DNA from: a virus
Strand: one strand, 5' to 3'
Virus record (IMG/VR): IMGVR_UViG_3300017917_002795
Location: 64,001-128,000 of that record
DNA: 64,000 nt
The notes under the pieces are model-generated. The model did not search any database, was not told the origin of the DNA, and saw nothing but the letters and a program-made list of their open reading frames with translations. Positions 1 through 9,229 of the stretch are shown here, one piece after another. Each line of letters opens with the position of its first letter. The first letter of the stretch is position 1. A program made the translations under genes and the position numbers.

Positions 1-9
1 GAAGGTAAA

Positions 10-786
10 TTGAATCCACATTCTACCAAAGAAAAACAAAGCAATGTTTTGCGTAAAACTGATAAAGATGTTGTAGATGATGGAAAATTTGATGTTAAAT
101 ACAATGCCGACGATCGTCTTTACAAAGATTTAGAAGATGCTGATTATGATCCAAAACATGCTGCTAAGGTCATGAAAAAGCGTCAAGAAAAAGATGAAAA
201 AGATAATGCTAAAAACATCAAAGACCGCATAGAAAATTTAACGCGCGAACAAAAAGAACATTTAGTTCGAGAATATGTTAAAAGAAAATTCATCTCTGCA
301 TTATTTGAACAAGCACCACCTGCACCAGAAGAAGAAGAAGCTCCGGCAGAAGAAACACCAGCAGAACCAACACCTCCTGCAGATGCCGCAGCTCCAACTG
401 ACGCAGCCGCCCCGGCTCCCGATGCCGCAGCACCGCCTGCACCTGATATGGCAGCACCTCCAGTAGATGCTGCAGCAACTCCTCCTGCTACTCCAGATGC
501 AACAGCAGCACCAGAAGCACCTGCACCAGAAGAAGAATCTCCAGAAGCAGCAGCTGAAGAAGATTTAGCAAAACAAAAAATTGCATTAAAATACTGGGAT
601 GAAATACTAGCAAGTCAAAAAGGTCCTAATAGTTTAGTAGATGCTGGATTTGATCCATTAGCAAAAGCATTAGCAAATTTAGGTCCAAAAGATTTGCGAT
701 TAGCTAAAATAATGATTCTTCGCAGATTAGGTAAAATTCATCCAGCCTCACTTGCAAAACAATCAACAAATAAAACGCCAGAATAA
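10..786 (+). CDS. Hypothetical protein with Pro/Ala/Glu-rich linker, probably 5'-truncated by window edge
   Basis: Frame is open from the window start; low-complexity PAPDAAAP tract; phage-like codon usage. Confidence 0.7.
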   Translation: MNPHSTKEKQSNVLRKTDKDVVDDGKFDVKYNADDRLYKDLEDADYDPKHAAKVMKKRQEKDEKDNAKNIKDRIENLTREQKEHLVREYVKRKFISALFEQAPPAPEEEEAPAEETPAEPTPPADAAAPTDAAAPAPDAAAPPAPDMAAPPVDAAATPPATPDATAAPEAPAPEEESPEAAAEEDLAKQKIALKYWDEILASQKGPNSLVDAGFDPLAKALANLGPKDLRLAKIMILRRLGKIHPASLAKQSTNKTPE

Positions 787-787
787 T

Positions 788-1426
788 ATGTCAAAAAACA
801 AGTTACAAAACATCAAAGCCCTTCAACAAATGTTAGAAGGCGACCACAAGTTTCAAACAAAAAAGACCACCGGATTTTCCGATGCCAAAGAAACAGCTAA
901 ACGCAATCAACGCCATGAGGTTGGTGATGTGTGGGAAGAAACAGATGCCCATGGCAACGTATATGTTATAGAACAACGAGATGGATTTCGAGTACGTAAA
1001 ACAAAGAATTCAGATGTTTTTCAACAAATACGTGATGAATTAAAATCATTTCCTAAGTGTCGTAAAGAAACATGCACATGCACAACACCAAATCACCTAG
1101 ATGAAAAAATGCGTAAATTCAATGGTATGTGTTATGATTGTACAATTGAGTTTGAACATGAAATGCGTAAAGCTGGTACTTATGATGCATATGAACGAGA
1201 ACGCGTTAAGAACAATGCACTAGCCTGGCTTAAAACAGCCGAACAAGATTTAACTATGTTAAAACAAACATATACGGAAGCTGCTAAATTTGTTACTAAT
1301 GCAGATGGAGAAGTAGAAACATATGCTGCTCGTATGACACCAGAACAATTCAATGAACAAGTTGAAGAACAATTTAATAAATTTAAAGAACGATTTTTAT
1401 CAAGAATAGAAGGAGAAAAACAATGA
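788..1426 (+). CDS. Hypothetical protein with Cys cluster (CxxxxCxC...CxxC), possible Zn-binding
   Basis: ATG 788 directly follows upstream TAA; CRKETCTC and CYDC motifs. Confidence 0.7.
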   Translation: MSKNKLQNIKALQQMLEGDHKFQTKKTTGFSDAKETAKRNQRHEVGDVWEETDAHGNVYVIEQRDGFRVRKTKNSDVFQQIRDELKSFPKCRKETCTCTTPNHLDEKMRKFNGMCYDCTIEFEHEMRKAGTYDAYERERVKNNALAWLKTAEQDLTMLKQTYTEAAKFVTNADGEVETYAARMTPEQFNEQVEEQFNKFKERFLSRIEGEKQ

Positions 1427-1770
1427 AAACAATTAAAAAATATTGGGCATTAATCATCGCTGGACTTTTAGGAATTTTAAGTTTAACAGTATTTTTAGGT
1501 AAGAAACGATCAGCAAAACAAGTTGATAAAATTGATGATGTGATAGATCAAAACAACAAACAAGTTGATATTAATGCTGGAAAAATTGAAGTTATCGAAG
1601 AAATAAAACAAGATGTTAAAGAAGAAATTGTTGAAGTAAAAGAAGATATTGTAGCATTAGAAGAACAAAAAACAAAGCCAGTTGCTTCAAAAAAACCTAA
1701 ATCTGCAAAAGCTGCTAAAGAAAATATACTTAGCAAAACAAACAAGAAAAAAAGTTCAAAAAAGAAATAG
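1423..1770 (+). CDS. Membrane-anchored coiled-coil protein (possible lysis/spanin-like)
   Basis: N-terminal TM helix (YWALIIAGLLGILSLTVFL), coiled coil, Lys-rich tail; AAGGAG RBS. Confidence 0.55.
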   Translation: MKTIKKYWALIIAGLLGILSLTVFLGKKRSAKQVDKIDDVIDQNNKQVDINAGKIEVIEEIKQDVKEEIVEVKEDIVALEEQKTKPVASKKPKSAKAAKENILSKTNKKKSSKKK

Positions 1771-1772
1771 TT

Positions 1773-2159
1773 ATGAAACTATTAATCATTGTATTGGCAT
1801 TCATTCCATGGGTTGGGTTAGGACAAACCAAAATTCCAGATACATGTTTTACAACAGAAGAATTATATTCTATTTCTCAAACATTAGATTCATTATGGAT
1901 TATTGATTCATTGAATAATGCAATTATTTCTAAACAACATGATTTAGTTAAAAAGTATGAATCAGTGATACAATTAGATTCTTTACAACTCAATTATCAA
2001 AAACAACAAGTTGAATTGCTACAAAAGAACATAGATTTGTATATTCAACGTGAAAAATATTTTCAACCAAAGTGGTATGATAACAAAGCCATATGGTTTG
2101 GAAGTGGAATTGTTACTGTATTTTTAACAGCATTTTCTCTTTCATTAATAGTAAATTAA
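1773..2159 (+). CDS. Exported coiled-coil protein with C-terminal TM anchor (possible lysis component)
   Basis: Signal peptide MKLLIIVLAFIPWVGLG|Q and C-terminal hydrophobic helix. Confidence 0.55.
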   Translation: MKLLIIVLAFIPWVGLGQTKIPDTCFTTEELYSISQTLDSLWIIDSLNNAIISKQHDLVKKYESVIQLDSLQLNYQKQQVELLQKNIDLYIQREKYFQPKWYDNKAIWFGSGIVTVFLTAFSLSLIVN

Positions 2160-2160
2160 T

Positions 2161-3738
2161 ATGTCGCAACCGAATATAAAACAGATCATACAGCAACAGT
2201 ACGCAATGTGTGCTAAAGATCCTGTTTTTTTCATGAAGCAATACTGTTATATTCAACATCCTAAAAAAGGAAAGATTAAATTTAATTTATTCCCATTCCA
2301 GGAAGATTCATTAACTGAGTTACGTGATAATCGATACAGTGTAATTTTAAAATCACGGCAGTTAGGTATTTCAACCTTATCAGCAGGATTTGCGTTATGG
2401 AGCATGTTGTTCAAAGAAGATTTCAATGTGCTTGTTATTGCAACCACTCAAGAAGTAGCAAAGAACCTTGTTACCAAAGTGCGAGTGATGCATGAAAATT
2501 TACCGAGTTGGCTGAAAGGAAATGTTGAAGCAGACAATAAACTATCCCTTAAATTTAAGAATGGTTCACAAATTAAAGCTGTATCATCAGCCACTACCGG
2601 TGCGCGTTCAGAAGCATTATCCCTTTTAATCATTGATGAAGCTGCTTTTATACGTAACATAGAAGAAATATGGATAGCATCACAAGCAACCCTATCAACA
2701 GGTGGTGGTGCAATTGTGCTTTCTACTCCTAATGGTGTAGGTAACTGGTTTCATCAAACATGGGCTGATGCAGAAGCTGATATTAATGGATTTCACACAA
2801 TCAAACTGCATTGGACAGTGCATCCAGAACGAGATCAAGCATGGCGCGATCAACAAACACAGTTATTAGGAGAACGTGGTGCTGCTCAGGAGTGTGATTG
2901 CGATTTCATTTCGTCTGGTCACACTGTTGTTGAAGGTGCCATACTAATGGAATATGAAGCTCAATGCACCGAACCAATAGAACGACGAGGAGTTGATGGT
3001 GCTTATTGGATTTGGGAGTATCCGGATTATTCAAAAGATTACATAGTAGTAGCAGACGTTGCTCGGGGTGATAGTAGTGACTGGTCTGCATTTCATGTAA
3101 TTGACATTCAATCTGTAACACAGGTTGCTGAATTCAAAGGTAAAATTCCACCTAATGAGTTTGGAAATATGCTTGTAAGTGTTGCCACAGAATGGAATAC
3201 GGCACTATTAGCTATTGAAAATGCAAACATAGGTTGGGCTGCAATTCAGCCGGCTATTGATCGAAACTATCCAAATCTACATTATACATATCGCGAAGAT
3301 GGTTATACAGATGCAGAAGTTCAACTCAAGAAGAACTATGATATGCAGGATAAAACAAAGATGGTACCGGGTGTATCAACCACAAGTAGAACTCGTCCAT
3401 TAATGATATCATCTTTAGAAATGTATATGCGTGAACGAACACCAGTTATCCGTAGCAAACGACTTATTCAAGAATTGTTTGTGTTTGTGTGGTTAAATGG
3501 TAAAGCTCAATCACAAAACGGTTACAATGATGATTTGGTGATGTCGTTTTGTATTGGATTATGGTTACGAGACACAGCATTACGACTTCGTCAGCAAGGA
3601 ATTGACTTAAACAAACGAGCTATTTCTAATTTTCGACGAACAGATACTAGCATCTTTACCAATAAAAATCAAAGACCAGATTCTGGGTGGTCATGGAACA
3701 ATGGGTTCAACGACGAGAATTTAACCTGGCTTCTTTAA
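2161..3738 (+). CDS. terL: Terminase large subunit (T4 gp17-like)
   Basis: LKSRQLGIST Walker A, LIIDEAAF Walker B, STPNG motif, nuclease motifs ADVARG and NDDLVMS. Confidence 0.95.
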   Translation: MSQPNIKQIIQQQYAMCAKDPVFFMKQYCYIQHPKKGKIKFNLFPFQEDSLTELRDNRYSVILKSRQLGISTLSAGFALWSMLFKEDFNVLVIATTQEVAKNLVTKVRVMHENLPSWLKGNVEADNKLSLKFKNGSQIKAVSSATTGARSEALSLLIIDEAAFIRNIEEIWIASQATLSTGGGAIVLSTPNGVGNWFHQTWADAEADINGFHTIKLHWTVHPERDQAWRDQQTQLLGERGAAQECDCDFISSGHTVVEGAILMEYEAQCTEPIERRGVDGAYWIWEYPDYSKDYIVVADVARGDSSDWSAFHVIDIQSVTQVAEFKGKIPPNEFGNMLVSVATEWNTALLAIENANIGWAAIQPAIDRNYPNLHYTYREDGYTDAEVQLKKNYDMQDKTKMVPGVSTTSRTRPLMISSLEMYMRERTPVIRSKRLIQELFVFVWLNGKAQSQNGYNDDLVMSFCIGLWLRDTALRLRQQGIDLNKRAISNFRRTDTSIFTNKNQRPDSGWSWNNGFNDENLTWLL

Positions 3739-3744
3739 TTAGTT

Positions 3745-3753
3745 ATATTTATA
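3745..3753 (+). promoter_or_regulatory. Putative late promoter motif ATATTTATA (first of 15 exact copies noted)
   Basis: Exact copies at 3745, 11991, 12335, 16486, 19403, 23053, 27074, 27361, 28678, 34998, 37530, 38855, 54331, 55722, 59771, each shortly upstream of a start codon. Confidence 0.75.
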
Positions 3754-3766
3754 TTAAAAAAATAAT

Positions 3767-5602
3767 ATGGCGTCACTTAGAAAACGTTTAAATAACCTAT
3801 TCAATACCAATGTAATTGTACGTGCATATGGTAAAGATCGTTTACGTGTTGTAGATACAAATCATCTTCAATCAGCTGGTAACTTAAATCAAACTAAAAT
3901 AGCCGACCGTTATACTAGACTGCATGGTGCAAATCGTCATCGTGTTGGAGGAATGGGTGGCTATGATTCTAATTACTATATGCATCAAAACCGTATGCAG
4001 TTATATACGGATTATGAAATGATGGATAAAGATCCCATTATTAGTGCTGCATTAGATATTTACGCAGATGAATCAACATTAGCGGATCAGTTTGGTGATA
4101 TTTTAACAATCAAAACCAACAAAACAAACATTCAAAAGATACTTTACAATTTATTTTATGATGTATTAAACATTGAATTCAATATGTGGCCATGGATTCG
4201 TAACATGGTAAAATATGGAGATTTCTTTTTGAAATTGGATATTGCAGATGAATTAGGTGTCATTAATGCTCGTCCATTTTCAAGCTATGAAGTAGAACGT
4301 TGGGAAGAATTTGATGAAGAATCAGGTGACTATAAAATTAAGTTTCGCCATGCTTCTAGTCCTAACTTAATGTATGATGTATTTGAGGTAGCACATTTCA
4401 GAATGCTATCCGATTCAAATTTTTTACCATATGGTAGGAGCATGTTAGAAGGAGCTCGTAAAGAATTTCAAAAACTAACAATGCTTGAAGATGCAATGCT
4501 TATTCACCGCATCATGAGAGCTCCAGAAAAACGTATTTTCAAAATTGATATCGGTAATATTCCACCAAATGAAGTTGATTCTTTCATGGAACAGATCATC
4601 AATAAAATGAAAAAAATTCCGCACGTTGATCAAAATACAGGTAACTATAATCTTAAATTTAATTTGAACAACATGTTAGAAGATTACTATTTACCAGTTC
4701 GCGGTGGTCAATCATCTACAGCAATTGACACATTACCTGGAATGCAATTTACCGGTATCGATGATATTGAATATGTGAAAAACAAAATGATGGCTGGATT
4801 GAAGATACCTAAATCATTCTTAGGATATGGCGAAGCAGTTGAAGGTAAAACTACATTAGCATCATTAGATATTCGATTCGCAAGAACAATTGAACGAATT
4901 CAAAAAATAGTTTGCTCAGAATTATATAAAATAGCAATCGTGCATTTAGCTACACAAGGTTATGAAAATGAAGATCTAGTTGGATTTGAATTAGAACTAA
5001 CAGCACCATCAATTATATATGATCAGCAAAAAGTTGCATTAATGACTGAAAAGATGACATTAGCAACTAGCATGAAAGATAGCAAATTAGTATCAGACAA
5101 GTACATATATGAATATATCTTTAATATGTCTGAAGAACAATGGTTAGAAGAAAGAACCAATGTTATTGAAGATTTGAAACTTAGATTCCGTCAAAATCAA
5201 ATTGAACAGGAAGGAAATGATCCATCTGTAACTGGCGTGTCATATGGAACGCCACATGATTTAGCTTCAATGCACATGAGCTCCGATGAAGTAGAAGAAA
5301 AAGATAAAGGAGGTCGTCCAAAAGAAGGAATTAAATTTGGTCAACATAAAAACGCATTTGGATGGGATCCAACCGGCAAAAAAGAAATTGACCAAGCATT
5401 TAATCCGGAAAATCAAAAAACCACATTTTTATCTGATCCGCGCAGAGAAAGAAAATTGGATTTAGCATCAGAGAATGTTATCAAGGCATTGAAAATAAAG
5501 AAACCTAAACGACGTAATGTGATATTAGAAACATTGAACACTACTAATAACACTGATATTTCTGATGCTGGAACATTATTAGATGAGAATAATATACTAT
5601 AA
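3767..5602 (+). CDS. Portal protein (T4 gp20-like)
   Basis: LEDAMLIHRIMRAPEKRIFKIDIGN and EDYYLPVRGG...IDTLPG motifs typical of gp20. Confidence 0.95.
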   Translation: MASLRKRLNNLFNTNVIVRAYGKDRLRVVDTNHLQSAGNLNQTKIADRYTRLHGANRHRVGGMGGYDSNYYMHQNRMQLYTDYEMMDKDPIISAALDIYADESTLADQFGDILTIKTNKTNIQKILYNLFYDVLNIEFNMWPWIRNMVKYGDFFLKLDIADELGVINARPFSSYEVERWEEFDEESGDYKIKFRHASSPNLMYDVFEVAHFRMLSDSNFLPYGRSMLEGARKEFQKLTMLEDAMLIHRIMRAPEKRIFKIDIGNIPPNEVDSFMEQIINKMKKIPHVDQNTGNYNLKFNLNNMLEDYYLPVRGGQSSTAIDTLPGMQFTGIDDIEYVKNKMMAGLKIPKSFLGYGEAVEGKTTLASLDIRFARTIERIQKIVCSELYKIAIVHLATQGYENEDLVGFELELTAPSIIYDQQKVALMTEKMTLATSMKDSKLVSDKYIYEYIFNMSEEQWLEERTNVIEDLKLRFRQNQIEQEGNDPSVTGVSYGTPHDLASMHMSSDEVEEKDKGGRPKEGIKFGQHKNAFGWDPTGKKEIDQAFNPENQKTTFLSDPRRERKLDLASENVIKALKIKKPKRRNVILETLNTTNNTDISDAGTLLDENNIL

Positions 5603-5632
5603 CATATTTATTTAAAAGTGTTGAAAATTAAT

Positions 5633-6487
5633 ATGAAAAAACTTAAACATTCGAAGTATAAAAATACTGGCATTCTTTTTGAAATGCTTGTACAGAAATT
5701 AACATCGGAAACGTTATCTTCAAACAAATCAATAACCATTGATATCATTAAAAAATATTTTGGAAAAAACACAGAACTTTCAAAGGAATTACAATTATAC
5801 AATGCATTGATTAAAGAACAACACAAAACTGAAGCTCGTGCCTTAGATTTTATTCGCACAGTTAAAGATACCCATAAAAAATTAAATCAAACCGTATTAA
5901 CCCGTCAAAAATATAATTTAGTTAAGGAAATTTCTGAGAATTTTGTTTTTGAAAATATGTCAAAAATTCACATTGGAAACTACAAAGCTCTTGCATCAAT
6001 TTACATGTTGTTTGAATATGATGAAACGGATAATCCAAAACAAATTATGGAATGTAAGAATGTAATTTTAGAAAATGTTCTTTTGCATGACCGCAACAAA
6101 TCAACAAAAGATCCGATATTAGAAGCATTTGAACAACAAGATAAAGATGTTCGTTTATTAACATATAAATTTCTTATTGATAAATTCAACACAAAATATT
6201 CATCAACGCTATCAGAATCACAGAAACAATTGTTGAATAAATACATCACCAATGTTAATGATACTGAAGCACTTCGAGAATACGTTCAAAAGATCATTCC
6301 AACTATCAAAAAACAACTTGCTGCAAGTTCTAAACGAATTGAGGATGTGGTAACTAAAATTAAAGTTGAAAAACTTTCAGAAATGCTTTGCAATGTTGAA
6401 TCAATCAAAAAACTTAAAGAATCACATATATTAAACTTAATGAGATATATGGATTTAGTTGATGAATTAAATGAAGTAAGTGCATGA
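5633..6487 (+). CDS. Putative prohead core protein
   Basis: Helical protein between portal and protease; ATG 5633 follows late-motif variant at 5604. Confidence 0.55.
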   Translation: MKKLKHSKYKNTGILFEMLVQKLTSETLSSNKSITIDIIKKYFGKNTELSKELQLYNALIKEQHKTEARALDFIRTVKDTHKKLNQTVLTRQKYNLVKEISENFVFENMSKIHIGNYKALASIYMLFEYDETDNPKQIMECKNVILENVLLHDRNKSTKDPILEAFEQQDKDVRLLTYKFLIDKFNTKYSSTLSESQKQLLNKYITNVNDTEALREYVQKIIPTIKKQLAASSKRIEDVVTKIKVEKLSEMLCNVESIKKLKESHILNLMRYMDLVDELNEVSA

Positions 6488-7194
6488 AATCATTCTTACA
6501 ACAAATAGAAGAAGCATTTGAAGCAGTTGATAAAACTGATGATATCATTGATGATATTGCAAATCGCCATGATAATATCGAAGATGAATTAGAAGAAGTA
6601 TCTACATCTGGTGGTGCTGGTGCATATATGACACCAAATGCATTCTCTCCAGCTGATGATGATACTGTTGAAGTATTAGGATATAAACGAGTACGAGAAT
6701 CCGTTAACACGCCACCATCATATAAATTAGGACAATATCAAAGTCCAGAATCTGCAGAAGAAGAATGGAATGATAAATTTCCTTTTTCTACTAAAAAATG
6801 GTATAATTCGGATATGAAATATCCATCAGTTGATATGACAGAAACGCCTAGTAGAACACGTAAAGAAGATGTTCCTAAAATATCTTCACAGCGTGTTTTA
6901 GCAGATATAGTAAATGAAGCGTTGGATATAAAATATGAACAACTAGTTGAATCATATCGTTCATATAAAACTGCATCTGGTGATAAAAAGCCGTCTAAAA
7001 CTATAAAAGAAACCATTACAAACATTGCACGTCAACTCAAAGAAATTGAAGATTCAGTAAACCATGCATCTCGATTTAAAAATGAATCAGGCGTTACATC
7101 ATCTGCATATGGTCCTAGCACAACACGCGCATTAACCAAAATATCAGAAAGATTAATTAAAATATCAGAACGAGTAAGAACGTTAGGGGAGTAA
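6484..7194 (+). CDS. Hypothetical head-module protein
   Basis: ATGA overlap with upstream gene; acidic; several L/I-x-E sites. Confidence 0.6.
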   Translation: MKSFLQQIEEAFEAVDKTDDIIDDIANRHDNIEDELEEVSTSGGAGAYMTPNAFSPADDDTVEVLGYKRVRESVNTPPSYKLGQYQSPESAEEEWNDKFPFSTKKWYNSDMKYPSVDMTETPSRTRKEDVPKISSQRVLADIVNEALDIKYEQLVESYRSYKTASGDKKPSKTIKETITNIARQLKEIEDSVNHASRFKNESGVTSSAYGPSTTRALTKISERLIKISERVRTLGE

Positions 7195-7195
7195 A

Positions 7196-7825
7196 ATGTC
7201 AAAACAACTATTAGTAGAATTCATGCCATTTCATCCGATTAGTTCATTAAATGAAACTAGCGGTGCTGCATTTGGCATTCCAGGAGGTTTTGTCGTACAA
7301 GGAGTTTTACAAAGAGCAGGTGCTAAAAATCAAAACGGTCGTGTATATCCTAAACCAATATTACATAGAGAATGTGTTCGATATCAAAAAGAATATATCG
7401 ATCAGCACCGAGCATTAGGAGAATTAGATCACCCAGAATCATCAGTAGTCAACTTAAACAATGTGTCACACAATGTTTTGAAAATATGGTGGGATGGTGA
7501 TGATTTAAAAGGTGCAGTTCAAATTCTAGATACTCCATCTGGAAATATTTTGAAATCATTGTTTAAGGCTGGCATCACATTAGGTATTTCTAGTCGCGGT
7601 TTAGGCTCTGTTAAAGAATTGCGAAATGAGGGAGTAGTTGAAGTTCAAGAAGATTTTGAATTAATATGTTGGGACTTCGTGTCTAATCCTTCGACTCATG
7701 GTGCTTTTATGCGGCCTACAAGGATGAATGAATCAACTGATAATAATATAGAACAAAATAAATACGCACGTGTAAATCAAATCATTACGTCGATTTTGTG
7801 TGAAGATGGTAAATGTAGGATATAA
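7196..7825 (+). CDS. Prohead core protease (T4 gp21-like)
   Basis: KNQNGRVYP, ALGELDHP, GISSRGLGS (catalytic Ser) and WDFVSNPS motifs. Confidence 0.95.
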   Translation: MSKQLLVEFMPFHPISSLNETSGAAFGIPGGFVVQGVLQRAGAKNQNGRVYPKPILHRECVRYQKEYIDQHRALGELDHPESSVVNLNNVSHNVLKIWWDGDDLKGAVQILDTPSGNILKSLFKAGITLGISSRGLGSVKELRNEGVVEVQEDFELICWDFVSNPSTHGAFMRPTRMNESTDNNIEQNKYARVNQIITSILCEDGKCRI

Positions 7826-7827
7826 AA

Positions 7828-8232
7828 ATGGGAAAGAAACTAGAAACTTTAAAAAATTTATTATATGAAATGGATTCTAAAAAGAATGTGTTTCAAGAAG
7901 GTCCAGCTCCGTTAACATTAGAAGAAAAACGAGCTTTTTCAGAATCATTAAAAACATTTTCGCAGTTAGGCGAATCTGTGTATAGCAAAAGAAAATTAGA
8001 AGAAGCTGTAACTACCATTGAACGAATGGTTGAAACTGCACGTAGATTGGTTAATGAAGCATCTGACGATGTTGTAGAATCAACTGCGGCTGGTCGTCAT
8101 TTCAATTATATGGATAATGCTTTGAAAGAATTCAAAAAATCAGCCAATGAAATTTTGATTCATGAACGTCGTTGTTCACAGGCATATGAAGACATTGCAG
8201 AAGGCCTTAAAAAATATTATGATGTTGGATAA
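7828..8232 (+). CDS. Hypothetical helical head-module protein
   Basis: Tightly packed ORF in head operon. Confidence 0.65.
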   Translation: MGKKLETLKNLLYEMDSKKNVFQEGPAPLTLEEKRAFSESLKTFSQLGESVYSKRKLEEAVTTIERMVETARRLVNEASDDVVESTAAGRHFNYMDNALKEFKKSANEILIHERRCSQAYEDIAEGLKKYYDVG

Positions 8233-8264
8233 TTTGGATTCGTAAAACAAATTCAATATATTAT
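8233..8264 (+). promoter_or_regulatory. Putative host-RNAP (early/middle) promoter TTTG-N20-TATATTAT
   Basis: Same architecture (spacer 19-20 nt) at 34662, 38242, 46464, 49825, 52924, 58590, 58966, 60423; resembles Bacteroidota -33/-7 consensus. Confidence 0.65.
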
Positions 8265-8274
8265 AAAGGTAAGT

Positions 8275-8784
8275 ATGATGAATACGCTTAAAAAATTATA
8301 TAGAGACTTTTTCGGTTTAACGGAACAAACAATTGTTAATAAAAAACATCCGGTAGTTCCTGGACTAGATCCTAAAGATACCGCTAATCTAGCAAACTAC
8401 AACAAAGAACTACAAAAAACGCAGGCTTTAATGAAAGGCATGACATCAGAAGGAGAAATTGAAGAAGCTAAACTAGATAACAGCATAACAGATTATCAAG
8501 GCGGCGTTGAATATGTATTACATGATCCAGCTGTCGCACAAGCAACGTCCGATTCAATTCGTCAATGGGCTGAGAAAAAAGGGTTTACTGTTGTTAAACA
8601 ACAAGTATCTAAATCAGGTCGTGTTGGATATTTTTATTTTAGATTGGGTCAAGATCCTGCTCGCGAATCACAAAAAATTCAAGGATATTTTGCACAACGT
8701 CCAGAATTAAAACATTTCCGATTCAATGTTAGATCTGCTAAGCCAAAAGCAAATTTACCAGCAAAAATAGTTAAGAAAATTTAA
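8275..8784 (+). CDS. Hypothetical protein
   Basis: ORF downstream of promoter; phage-like codon usage. Confidence 0.65.
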   Translation: MMNTLKKLYRDFFGLTEQTIVNKKHPVVPGLDPKDTANLANYNKELQKTQALMKGMTSEGEIEEAKLDNSITDYQGGVEYVLHDPAVAQATSDSIRQWAEKKGFTVVKQQVSKSGRVGYFYFRLGQDPARESQKIQGYFAQRPELKHFRFNVRSAKPKANLPAKIVKKI

Positions 8785-8794
8785 ACACAAATAT

Positions 8795-9040
8795 ATGAGT
8801 AAAAAACAGAAACAACACAAAACAATCGTGCCAGGTAATTCAATGGCAGTAAAAGTTTTAGGATCATCTAAAGAAGATTTAGCATATGCTCTTAAAACAT
8901 GGAAACGCAAAATTAAATCATCAGAAGTTTTAGAAAAAGTTAAAGACAATAAAACTTATGAAAAACCTAGCGTTACTCGACGTGCACAAATGATATCAGC
9001 TCGTTATTTACAATATGTAAAAGATTTGCATAGAGATTAA
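8795..9040 (+). CDS. rpsU: Phage-encoded 30S ribosomal protein bS21
   Basis: ALKTWKRKIKSSEVL...YEKPSVTRR matches the bS21 signature; located in the head module as is known for bS21 phages. Confidence 0.85.
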   Translation: MSKKQKQHKTIVPGNSMAVKVLGSSKEDLAYALKTWKRKIKSSEVLEKVKDNKTYEKPSVTRRAQMISARYLQYVKDLHRD

Positions 9041-9069
9041 AATTTAAACAACATTACATTGCATTAACG

Positions 9070-9105
9070 GCCCTAGCTTGAAAAAGTTAGGGCTTTTTTA
9101 CTGTT
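9070..9105 (+). terminator. Intrinsic terminator followed by ACTGTT
   Basis: GCCCTAGCTT-GAAA-AAGTTAGGGC then T6. Confidence 0.85.
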
Positions 9106-9229
9106 TTTTCAAACGGTGCGGTATTTATTTGAGAATACGCTATTTTCTATATAGTGTTTATAAAATATTTATTCTTATTAAGATTCCAAATAATCTTATT
9201 TCCAAAAAACAAATTTAAGGAGAACAAAC

